Assembly (NCBI RefSeq): GCF_006345805.1
Contig: NW_021832963.1
Location: 1-31,480, forward strand
Direction: 5' to 3'
From: Octopus sinensis
Taxonomy: Eukaryota
DNA: 31,480 nucleotides
Both the position numbers and the translations under genes were made by a program. The first letter of the stretch is position 1; every line of letters begins with the position of its first letter. This document shows, in pieces, positions 1 to 11,078 of the stretch. The notes under the pieces were generated by a model. It saw only the letters and a program-made list of their open reading frames with translations. It was not told the DNA's origin and made no database searches.

Positions 1-33
1 TATTATTATTATTATTATTATTATATCATTATT

Positions 34-70
<37 letters not shown>

Positions 71-95
71 TATTATTATTATTATTATTACTATT
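1..95. repeat. (TAT)n trinucleotide microsatellite
   Basis: Near-pure tattattat run with a few CAT interruptions. Confidence 0.95.
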
Positions 96-255
96 AAGAC
101 GGTGAGCTGGCAGAATCGTTAGCGTACCGGGCGAAAGGCTTACCGGCTTTTCGCCCGGCTCTTGTTCTGAGTTCAAATTCCACCGAGATCGAATTTTCTG
201 TTCATCGTTTCGGAATCGCTAAAATAAGAAAATATTCGAACACTAGTACCGATGG
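96..255 (+). mobile_element. tRNA-derived SINE family A, degenerate copy
   Basis: Head aagacggtgagctggcagaatcgttagc (A-box-like TGGCAGAATCG), B-box-like GAGTTCAAATTCC, then a decayed ttcatcgtttcggaatcgctaaaataag central domain. Confidence 0.8.
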
Positions 256-983
256 TACTTACTATTCAAAAATTTTTACTTTTGATATTGTTACTGTTGG
301 CGTTGACGTTAACGTTGTTGCTGCTATCTTTGCTGTTTTATTCTATGTTCCTCAATGTCGCTTGGTTTAATTCTCGTGAAAAACTACTGAATATGCTTTA
401 TGTGCATGTGTTATAGACTTAATAGAAATAGGCTTATTAGAGTACCTCGCCTCTGTCATAGCGGTGGATATACAGGGATGAAACAAGACGCCTACGAAAG
501 AGACTCACACATTATTACATACGCGGCGGGTCAGGTGGGAGAATCACGAGATTCATTCATTTCGAACGTATGAATGGTTAAGCTTCCATGAAAAGTTCGT
601 ACGTGAATGAACAGTCTAGGAATTCATAAGCTGCGCACACTTATACATACACATGCCGCATAGAGATACATACACACACAGTGCACACTCTAGCACATAC
701 ACACAAAGAAACAAGAAGCGTACACATATTCACAAACTTACATACGCACATACATCCGTATACACATAACTGAACAAATATATATATATATATATATATT
801 ATTTACATGAACACAAATACATACATATATATATGTGTGTGTGTGTAATTATTATTCTTAAAACTGATTATCATTTAACCAATGATAATCAGTTTTGGTC
901 AGTCATGCCATTGTCGGCAATCCGATGATGACTTAACTAGGCCAAACTTCGAAGTCACTATCAACAGTATTCTTGTCTAATAC

Positions 984-1217
984 AAGGCGGAGAGCTAGCA
1001 GAATGGTCAGCACACTGGGCGAAATGCTTAACGGTATTTCGTCTGCCGTTACGTTCAGAGTTCAAATTCCGCAGAGGTCGACTTTGCCTTTCATCCTTTC
1101 GGGGGTCGATAAAATTAAGTACCAGTTACGCACTGGGGTCAATGTAATCGACTTAATCCGTTTGTCTGTCCTTGTTTGTCCCCTCTGTGTTTAGCCCCTT
1201 GTGAGAAATAAAGAAAT
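984..1217 (+). mobile_element. SINE family A, full length, tail type B
   Basis: Head aaggcggagagctagcagaa, B-box GAGTTCAAATTCC, central gactttgcctttcatcctttcgggggtcgataaaattaagtacc (resembles the Meta/MESC SINE domain, from memory), tail ctgtgtttagccccttgtg...aaagaaata. Confidence 0.9.
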
Positions 1218-1349
1218 AAGAAACGTTAGCAAGCCAGGCGAAATGCTTAGCGGTGTGCTAACATTTCTGCCAGCTCGCCGCCTTCGGAACCGATCTCCAC
1301 CATTTTGTTCTACGTTCACCAATTTTTTCAGTATGTTTAAGTATGTTCT

Positions 1350-1759
1350 TTTCTCTTTTCATAAGACCCAAGAGTTTTAGTTGTGGATATTGATGATTAT
1401 ATCAACTCAAGTGTTCAACTGGTACCTATTTTATTGAGCCCCAAAAAGATGTAAATCAAGGTCTACCTCGTCAGAATTTGAACTCAGAACGTGTAGAGAC
1501 AAAGAAATGCCGCTAAGCATTTGTCCATGATGCTAATGATTCAGTCAACTCACCGCTTTGATAATCCTTTCTGCTATATGTATGAGGCCTGAATCTTTAG
1601 GGGAGGGGTCAGTCGGTTAGATCGACCCTCCCCGATACATTACTGATACTTAATTTATCGACACCCGGTGGAATTTGAACTCAGAACGTACTGACGGACG
1701 AAATGTCATTAAGTACTTTGCCTGGCATGCTAGCGATTCAGCCAACTCACCTCCTGATA

Positions 1760-1824
<65 letters not shown>

Positions 1825-1841
1825 TGATGATGATGATAATA

Positions 1842-1901
<60 letters not shown>

Positions 1902-2040
1902 TAATTTCTGCTACTTATTTCATTGACCCCGTGAGAATAAAGCAAAGTCGACTTCAGCAGAGTTTGAACTCAGAACACAAAAGAGAAGAAATGCCACTGA
2001 GACTTTTGTCCGGCGCCGTAACACTTCGGCCAGCTCACCG
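1350..2040 (-). mobile_element. Three decayed SINE family A copies (about 1350-1559, 1563-1756, 1908-2040) around an (AAT)n tract at 1757-1903
   Basis: Each has the reverse-complement B-box (TTTGAACTCAGAAC) and a ...ctcacc(g) head end. Confidence 0.85.
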
Positions 2041-2188
2041 AATTAGTTGAAGGAGCAGGTATCTTAGTTCCTCAATAGCAAAACCTGTGTTCCTAACTAG
2101 ACTTTGGCCACGACAGGAAAATAGGGCCATCTAACAGCATTTTACGCCCAGGGTCAAATCAGTGCGCTATGTCCCGAGAATATTTATT

Positions 2189-2607
2189 GGATCTTTTCGG
2201 TTTGAACGGTAGTTTTTAACATAATTTCTAAGTAACTAAAAAATTTTAAACTTCGTATACTGGTAGAATGTGTTTATAAAACATCTTTTTCTCTTGACTT
2301 TACTGAGAAAATTCTATAGTTTGTAATTTATTTGTTGTTTTTTTTCTTCAATTTCTGCAATTTCAACCAATCACTGACGTCTATTGAGGTAAAAAAATCA
2401 TTCTGTGCCGTATGAATATGTCCCTCGTTTAAGAAACAGATTGGGTTTATTTACATTTGTGAAGTAAAAAAGATACCCTTCCCCCACCCCTAACCCTAAC
2501 CCTAAAACAGATTGAAATGCAATAGATCGATACTAGGGTCATAATTATGGGTGACAATTTCATGTGACACCGTTAGAAAAAAACTGCCGTTCAAACCGAA
2601 AAGGTCC
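2189..2607. mobile_element. MITE / non-autonomous DNA transposon (GG...CC termini, 8-bp TSD; Mutator- or Merlin-like)
   Basis: TIRs ggatcttttcggtttgaacggtagttttt (2189-2217) and 2579-2607 match at 27/29. TSD tatttatt at 2181-2188 and 2608-2615. Internal (CCCTAA)3 at 2488-2505. Confidence 0.9.
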
Positions 2608-2756
2608 TATTTATTTATTGACGGATAACCACAGTAAACATTAAATTAAATGTGTCTTCCTAGGTCCGTGAGGACACCCGGGCATCTAGCCATTTTGCTT
2701 TGAGACTGTAATGCATAACAAGGAATTTCATTAGAACAGTGTTGAGTTTATATAAC

Positions 2757-2788
<32 letters not shown>

Positions 2789-2884
2789 GCCCTGTGTATA
2801 TGACTGTAGCCCTGTGTGAATATGAATGTGTATCTGTACGTCTGCGCGAGCGCATGTATGTTTTTTTGTTTTTTTATCTGCTCT

Positions 2885-3115
2885 TGACTCTTTACTCTTT
2901 TTCTCTTTTACTTGTTTCAGTCATTTGACTGCGGCCGTGCTGGAGCACCGCCTTTAGTCGAGCAAATCGACCCCGGGACTTATTCTTTGTAAGCCCAGTA
3001 CTTATTCTATTGGTCTCTTTTGCCGAACCGCTAAGTGACGGGGACGTAAACACACCAGCATCGGTGGTTGTCAAGCAATGCTAGGGGGAGACAAACACAA
3101 GACACGCAAACACAT

Positions 3116-3161
<46 letters not shown>

Positions 3162-3321
3162 GACAGGCTTCTTTCAGTTTCCGTCTACCAAATCCACTCA
3201 CAAGGCATTGGTCGGCCCGGGGCTATAGCAGAAGACACTTGCCCAAGATGCCACGCAGTGGGACTGAACCCGGAACCATGTGGTTGGTTAGCAAGCTACT
3301 TACCACACAGCCACTCCTGCG
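2885..3321 (-). mobile_element. tRNA-derived CORE-SINE (family B, octopus OR-type), full length with internal (TA)n
   Basis: On minus: head ggagtggctgtgtggtaag (A-box), GGTTCAGTCCC (B-box), CORE-like gtggcatcttgggcaagtgtctt, internal microsatellite, 3' domain ending gcagtcaaatgactgaaacaagtaaag. Confidence 0.9.
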
Positions 3322-3595
3322 ACTATATGTATTTTCTATTGATAAATGGCTTCACCGAAAGTGAAAGTTCGCTGGTGGTAAAAATAAGTTTAATACGAAT
3401 AAATCAGGCAAGAGCTTCAAACAATGTAGGCCGATCGGTTATTATGGCTGATGTACAATCTAAGGCAAGGTCAGTGTAAATATAAATATACGAAAACGAG
3501 GCTTAGATTTATTGGCCAAACAGAAAAGTATTGTGTAGCTTAGAAGGGCCATAAATATGATATAAAAGAGAAAACGGCTTACGCACACCATAGCC

Positions 3596-3636
3596 ATATA
3601 TATATATGTGTGTGTATATATATATATTTTTATATA

Positions 3637-3707
<71 letters not shown>

Positions 3708-4049
3708 TCTATATATATATATATATAATATATGCATATGCATATATATATATATTTATGTATATAAATGTATATATATATGTAAGTATGTGTATATATA
3801 TATGTATATATATATATATATAATGTATAATGTATATATATATGCATGCATATATATATACGTATATATGTATGTGTATATGTATATGTATATGCATTAT
3901 ATATATATGCAGACATACATGCTTATGCATACACTCACACACATATATTATATATAATAATGTGAAAGTGATATAACACATACGTTATATTATATATTAT
4001 ATGTGTGTGTGTGTGTATATATATATAATACATATATATATATATAATA

Positions 4050-4084
<35 letters not shown>

Positions 4085-4149
4085 CTTATATGTGTGTGTG
4101 TCTGTGTGTGTTTTATATATATAATATACATATATAGATAGATATATAG

Positions 4150-4209
<60 letters not shown>

Positions 4210-4221
4210 AGATAGATAGAT
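3596..4221. repeat. Compound (TA)n/(TG)n/(GATA)n microsatellite
   Basis: Visible directly; source of the YIYI-type spurious ORFs. Confidence 0.95.
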
Positions 4222-4641
4222 AATGTGAAAATGATATAACGGAATAAAAAAGAAAATTTTCATTTCAAGAATTTACACGTATTTATGCGTGCATGCGTGT
4301 GTGTGTGTGCATTCATATACATATAGTTATATAAATAGATATAGATATTGCCAGATACGTGCAGAAAAAATATTTCTCTGGTTTGAAAACTTAGGTTCCC
4401 ACAAATATTGCTGTACACTGGGATCGTCATACGGCCAATAAATCACGCTCACCAGTTGTATTTCACTTCAGTTTTAAATTGTCAACTAATTACTGGTTTG
4501 TCAAACTGCTCTCGTCACACTACGTGACATTATCAATGACAATGTATTGCCCTTCAGACAGGCTCTTTTCATTTGTCACAAGCCAAACATTTTTTCCTTT
4601 TGTTCCTTGTTCAACTGACGATTAGCAATTTATTTTTGTTC

Positions 4642-4840
4642 TGTTGTTGTTGATGTTGTGGCTGCTGCTATCGTTATCGTTGCTGTTGTTGTTCCTGCTC
4701 CTGTTATTGTTGCTGTTGATGTTGCTGTTGTTGTTGCTGCTAGTGGTATTGATGCTGCGGCTGCTGTTGTTGCCGTTATTGTTTTTCTTGTTGCTGCCAC
4801 TACTTCTGTTGTTGTTGTTCCTGCTGCTGCAGTTGTTGTT
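4642..4840. repeat. Degenerate (TTG/CTG)n trinucleotide tract
   Basis: Visible directly. Confidence 0.9.
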
Positions 4841-4894
4841 AAGATAAATTAGCCGTATCCAAACCCTGGATGATTAAGGGATTAGATGAGCGCT

Positions 4895-5168
4895 GATGAG
4901 AGGGAAACAACTCCCGAAATTTGCATATACGTCCATTGGTCTTTTTTTTTTCATCTTCGATCTCTTTGCTTGTTTACATCTGATGCCTCGTATACAAAAT
5001 ATAGCAACAAAAATCAGTGCTGGCTATAGTCTGTATAGAATATCTGTAGAGACAATCTTAACAAGTAATGCAAGAAAAATACCATGCAGAACGAAAGACA
5101 ATTTTCTATGGACTACTTGAAGTTTACTACCTTCCTACACCTTGATCCTTGGATCTTACCTATACACA

Positions 5169-5204
<36 letters not shown>

Positions 5205-5470
5205 TCCAAATTGAAGGTGTGGAGCAAGAAAAATTCGACAGTTTTCCACAAGAGTTTATATTGAAAACCCTATAGATATGCAACATCTCACCACTAACCT
5301 CTAGCTTTCTTAGACATAGCATGACACAATGGAGTAAATCTTCCTCTTCAATCCATAGTCATGGCATCATGCAAATAAGCGAATTAAACCGGACTGTGGA
5401 ATCATACTTCTAGAATGATCCTGTGAAACATCAGTTGATCTTTACATCCATAAAATTTCCATCTAACTCA
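4895..5470 (+). pseudogene. Highly decayed reverse-transcriptase fragment of an R4/Dong-like non-LTR retrotransposon, split by (CA)n
   Basis: Manual translation gives KFDSFPQEFILKTL*ICNISPLTSSFLRHSMTQW...CGI..F*ND, aligning to the R4-clade RT pattern KAFDSVPHxWIxKxLxxYxIxxxxxxFLxxxMxxW...GIFQGDS. Upstream VYKI / CKK..KDNFL resemble the preceding RT motifs. Confidence 0.55.
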
Positions 5471-5771
5471 TTTTTGTTCAAGAGGAACGAAGGTATCTTT
5501 TTTTTTTTGTGAAAAGGGTATATTTTTTCCAACACGTATTGAAGTCGGGATCTTGTAAGTCGTCATAACGTATCTAAAAGGTCCGCAGTTCTTCATTTTA
5601 TTTTTGTTTCTTTTTTGTTCTTTTAGGGGAGGGGACTTTCTGATGTTTCTTGTAGGAGGCACGTTGTCCCTTTTGTCAAAATTTTGCAAACTTTCTTGCA
5701 ATTTTGTATCAGTGCAATCATTTCCTTGGCTAGTACAATAATGATAATGATCATTGTGTCTTGTTGTGAAG

Positions 5772-5857
5772 CATCCTGATGCGGGGAGGGTCTTTGTCAT
5801 TAATATATGAAATTTATATCATATTATCGGACACGTCTCCGAAACGGCCCGTCAATG
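5772..5857 (+). ncRNA. Type I hammerhead-ribozyme-like motif with long stem II (probably decayed)
   Basis: CUGAUGC (5776-5782, A9>C), stem II GGGGA/UCUCC plus GUC/GAC, GAAAC (5841), stem III ACG-GCC-CGU, GUC cleavage triplet (5851-5853), stem I CAU/AUG with one mismatch. Confidence 0.6.
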
Positions 5858-6323
5858 GAACATTATCTTCGTGTATTAGTATGTCATGTTAATGTTGTAT
5901 AATTTCAAATTTTCCACAGGACTCCGTGTTGTAACTTGTTAATCTTTATTACCGTGTATCTTATCGTGTGAATTAATAATCATCGTGTGAATTAGTAATT
6001 CAATAAGTCTTATATTATGTTGATATTTTATATTTTGCCTGTGTATTTATATATATGAGTATTCTTGAATATTTTTAAATAGCTACGAGCTTTATCGTAT
6101 ATCATATCGACGTTTTATATCTATTTTCATATCTATTTGTATATCTACTTATGTATTTATATATTTATAATGCAAACGTGTTTTTTTTTATATTTCTTTA
6201 AATATTTTTAAATATTTGCGAATTTTTAAATATTAAATAATTATATGTTTATATACTTGTATATTTTAATACTGTATTATCTGGAATTTTATATTGGATA
6301 TTTTTGTGTGTCTTTTTGAATAA

Positions 6324-6351
6324 TGTATGTATGTATGCACGTATGTATGTA

Positions 6352-6387
<36 letters not shown>

Positions 6388-6472
6388 TGTATGTATGTAT
6401 GTATGTATGTATGTATGTATGTATATATGTATGTATGTATGTATGCATGCATGCATGCATGTATGTATGTAT
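6324..6472. repeat. (TATG)n tetranucleotide microsatellite
   Basis: Visible directly. Confidence 0.95.
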
Positions 6473-6736
6473 AGGTCCAGATTTGTATGCTTTGCTTTAT
6501 GTATGTATTCTCATGCATATAGTTGTATATCTAGACTTGTTTTACAGATTTTTACAGTTCCAGTGATGGATGGGACCTGAAGTCTTCGAATCAGCTTTCA
6601 CTTTTCTGGTTTTGAGAAGCCTAATTTCTCGAGATTCGTATTTAGGCAGTGTGTTACATACCCCAGGACCCCAATAATTACAGGCATATACCTGGATAGA
6701 GTAACTGCAGGTTTCGTAATAGTTCTGCGTAGATAT
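6471..6736 (-). mobile_element. 3' end of an R4/Dong-like RLE non-LTR retrotransposon (5'-truncated, frameshifted)
   Basis: Minus-strand pieces YAELLRNLQLLYPG / MPVIIGVLGYVTHCLNTNLEKLGFSKPE / LIRRLQVPSITGTVKICK match the RLE C-terminus (PxxxGALG motif) and are homologous to the 22.8-23.3 kb copy. Confidence 0.8.
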
Positions 6737-7142
6737 GTATGTGTGCATGTATGTATGCATGTATGTAAGTGTATGTATGTATGTATGTATGTATGTATGT
6801 ATGTATGTATGTATGTATGTGCATATATATGTGTGCGTATATGGATATATGTATGTACACACGTAGGTATGTTTTTATGTATGTATATGAGTGCATGTAT
6901 CTTTATATGTATGTGTATATGTCTGCGTATATGTATAAGCATTGTGTAGACGCATATATATAAGCATATATATATGCTATCTTCTGTACATACATACCTA
7001 TATATTTATATGTGTGTGTGTGCTTTGAATAATTGCCTACAAATTATACATCCCCTCTTTCTCTCTCTCTCTCTCTCAACTTCTCTCTCTCTCTTCATTT
7101 CGGCATATATGTATATACGCACATACATACACACACATATAC

Positions 7143-7202
<60 letters not shown>

Positions 7203-7680
7203 AGAGTGTCTGTCTGTCTCTGTCTGTGTGTATGTGCGTGTGTGCGTGTGTGTGTGTGTGAGTGTGTGTGTGTGACTCTGAGTGTCTGTCTGTGTGTATG
7301 TGCGTGTGTGTGTGTGCGTGTGAGTGTGCGTGAGTGTGTGTGTTTGTGTGCGTGTGTCTGTCTGGCTGTCTCTGTCTGTGAGTATGTGCATGTGTGTGTG
7401 TGTGTCCGGTCCTGATTATAATGATCGTGATTGTTCTTATAAAATAAGTTTACATCAAAATACATACATACATACACACAAACATATACATACATACACA
7501 CAAACATATACATACATACATACACATACATACATACATACATACACACATACATACATACATACACACACATACATACACACACACACATACATATATA
7601 TATCTGTGCATGTGTGTGTGTATACGAACACACAGTCACACATATATACGCATAGATACGAAGTGAGACACATGTACACA
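6736..7680. repeat. Compound (TATG)n/(TA)n/(TG)n/(CATA)n microsatellites
   Basis: Visible directly. Confidence 0.9.
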
Positions 7681-7726
7681 CACCGTATCAAATATAATTT
7701 TCATTGACATTTATGGAAATACTTGA

Positions 7727-8365
7727 ACAGCAGCAACAACAACAACAGCAGCAGCAGCAATAACAACAACAACAACAACAAAAGTAGCAGCAGGAGCAGT
7801 AGCAGCAGCTGCAACAACTACATCGTTATTAAAAAGCAAAAAGCATCCTCATTCCTCAACACAAGCAGAGACATTCTCTCCGTTTCCTCTTCCTCTTACC
7901 GCCACCATTTCTTATCGCGTTCGTGATCATCGCCATCATGAAGGTGGCCATCGTCGTCGTTATCGTCGTCGTCACCGGTACCATTCTTCATCGTCGTCGT
8001 GATCATCATCATCATCATCACCACTATCATCATCATCATCTCAATCATAATCATAAATCATTATCATCATCATCATCATCATCATCATCATCGCCACCAC
8101 CACCACTATCATCATCATTATCACCATCATCATCATCATCATCATCACCATCATCATCATCTCAATCATAATCATAATCATCATCATCATCATCATCATC
8201 TTCATCATCATCACCATCATCATCACCACTATCATCATCATCATCATCATATCATCATCATCATCATCTCAATCATAATCATAAATCATCATAAATCAAC
8301 ATCATCATCATAATCATCATCATCATCATCGCCACCACCGCCACTATCATCATCATCATCATCAA

Positions 8366-8397
<32 letters not shown>

Positions 8398-8418
8398 ACA
8401 TCATCATCATCAACACCA

Positions 8419-8449
<31 letters not shown>

Positions 8450-8708
8450 CATCATCACCAACACCATCATCAACATCACCATCATCATCATCATCCCATC
8501 ATCTTCATCATCGTCATCGTCATCATCGTCATCGTCCATCGTCATCGTCATCATCGTCCACCGTGATCATAATCATATATGATCATTTTTTGTTTTTTGT
8601 TGCCGTCAAGAAAAATAGCGATAACCCTCAACGTGATAATCGTCGTCATTGACTTCGCCATCGCCATCATCATCCTCATCATCATCACCACCACCACCAC
8701 CACCATCG

Positions 8709-8750
<42 letters not shown>

Positions 8751-8822
8751 CCACCACCTTCACCATCTTCATCGTCACCATCATCATCATCATCATCATC
8801 ACCACCACCACCACCACCATCG

Positions 8823-8856
<34 letters not shown>

Positions 8857-9400
8857 TAACACCACCACCACCATCTTCATCGTCACCATCATCATCATCA
8901 TCATCAACACCATCATCATCACCACCACCACCCCGCCACCATCATCATCATCATCCCACCACCACCATCATCATCATCATCATCATTATCATCACCATCA
9001 TCACCACCACCACCACCGTCATCATCACCATCATCATCATCATCATCATCATCATCCTCATCATACATCATCATCATCAGCAGTATCACATCATCATATC
9101 ATCATCATTATATCACATTATCATCATCATCATCATCATCAATCATCATCATCATCATCATCATCACCACCAACCACCATCAATCATCATCATCAATCAT
9201 CATCATCATCATCAATCATCATCATCATCATCATCACCATCATCATCGCCATCCTCATCATCATCATCATCATCATCATCTTCATTCAGCCTTGTCCTCG
9301 TCGTCTCCACACCCCCCACCATCACCACCACCACCATAGTCAATAACACCAACAACATTATTGCACTCATCATCGTCATCGTGGTCGTCATCGTCGTCGA
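7727..9400. repeat. Short (CAA/CAG)n tract followed by a very long (CAT/CAC)n trinucleotide array
   Basis: About 1.5 kb of CAT/CAC repeats; source of the poly-His/Ser/Ile/Met ORFs. Confidence 0.95.
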
Positions 9401-9529
9401 TAAGAGCAGTAATGGGGCAAGGGTTAGTGTTTTCGGTGGCGTTATCTCCCGACTATATTTAGAACCTCTATCTACCGCTGTGATGTTATCTTTGGATATC
9501 TATGTTTATAGCGCTGCTAACACATACAT

Positions 9530-9643
9530 AACTATATACAAGCATACATGCATGCAAACATACATACATACATAAATGCGTACACACATACATTCATGCA
9601 TACATGTAAACATACATGAATGTGTGGAGATTTATGAGCATGC

Positions 9644-9683
<40 letters not shown>

Positions 9684-9790
9684 ACACACATATCCCTGAA
9701 TATAGATGGATGCACATATTTTGATGGAAAATGTTAAGGAAATAGATTTACCCTAAACAATATGTATATAGAATGAGTGTTTTGTATGGG

Positions 9791-9842
<52 letters not shown>

Positions 9843-9847
9843 ATATA

Positions 9848-9884
<37 letters not shown>

Positions 9885-10085
9885 CATGCATACATATATA
9901 TATATATATTATATATATATACATACCTATATATTTATACATATATGTATATACGTATATATATGTGCGTTGTGTATAAATAGTGAAGGTGTGTATATAT
10001 ACATATATATATGTATACGTGATATATATGTGTGTGTGTATATGTGTATGCATGTATGTATGCATGCATGTATGTGTATATATAT
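9530..10085. repeat. Compound (CATA)n/(TG)n/(TA)n microsatellites
   Basis: Visible directly. Confidence 0.9.
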
Positions 10086-10932
10086 TTCCAAAAATGAGCT
10101 TAAAGCGATATGTTATCCTTATCCTAGCGGTTACCGTGTTTCCTCTCAAATCGGTTTCAATGCCGACTAACCGCAATGGTGTTCTTGTGGTTCCCGGGCT
10201 AACAATAAGTTGCTCAGCTCTGGTAACTTATCTCCTTGGGGAAACGCGAGTCTCCACTTCAGGACAGCATATTTTCGGTAGGGTTTTATCAATGAAAAGG
10301 AGAAATGAGATTTTGCACATCCATAATTGTATTTCACAGTTATTTACATCATCTTTATACGACCTACACATGTTTCAAATGTAGCAACTACAGACTTTGA
10401 AACGGCTGTAGGTGATGACGTTAGGAAGCTGCAACGATAATGATGTTAAGATGCATATCAAACAGTGCGCAGTCACTGCAGTTCAAGCACGTGTAGATAC
10501 CGTAAAGATGCTGGAAAAATCTGTGAAATTGAATAGTATAATAAGCAAAACAAATGAAAATATACGAAAAACGATTTTCGTTGAAAATAGCGATTTTGAC
10601 GTCTATACCTAACGTATAGGCTGTCCACTTTTAGTGGTGAGTCCTCTAAATTTTGTATATACATACCTACATACAATATTATATAATATAATATATATAT
10701 ATACACATACATACATAATACATACATACATACATACATACATACATACATACATACATAATACATACATAATCATACATACATACATATATATATATAT
10801 ATAAGATATATATATATCCTATATATTATATATACACATACATACATACATACATACATACATTGTTAAACTCACACACATTTTTTTCTGCGGTTTTTTT
10901 CTTTTTTCTCCGTTTATTTTCGTTCTTAATTC

Positions 10933-10965
10933 TTTCTGTCGAAGAGCATAGGCTCAAACGTCAAA
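10933..10965 (+). ncRNA. Minimal hammerhead-like motif, damaged (G12 missing)
   Basis: ttt-CUGUCGA-A-GAGC-AUAG-GCUC-(no G)AAAC-GUC-aaa. Confidence 0.5.
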
Positions 10966-11078
10966 TAATAACTTTTCCTACACCTCCGTTGTCTTCTGTT
11001 TTCTGTAAAATTTTGAACTATATATATATAGTTCAAATTTACAGAAAACAGAAGACAACGGCAGGTGTAGGAAAAGTA

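Noticed and set aside
984-1075. tRNA gene suggested by A-box and B-box motifs
   Set aside because: No complete cloverleaf; the boxes run straight into SINE body sequence present in many copies.
2488-2505. (CCCTAA)3 as a sign of a telomere or chromosome end
   Set aside because: Only three units, and they lie inside a MITE.
3068-3479. Recurrent peptide DGLLSVSVYQIHSQG...EDTCPRCHAVGLN (also 19333-19683 and 22560-22751)
   Set aside because: Antisense translation of the CORE-SINE; recurrence reflects repeat copies, not a protein family.
7923-9575. Long ORFs (255 and 308 aa) rich in His/Ser/Pro/Ile, superficially like His-rich beak or extensin proteins
   Set aside because: They are translations of a (CAT/CAC)n array open in several frames on both strands, with no splice signals and no non-repetitive domain.
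10618-10660. AGAGGACT(G/C)ACCACTAAAAGTGGACA next to TA as TIRs of a Tc1/mariner MITE enclosing 10.6-11.3 kb
   Set aside because: The two copies face outward as part of the larger palindrome, so they do not delimit an element. The motif may be the end of a separate repeat extending leftwards, but I found no partner TIR.
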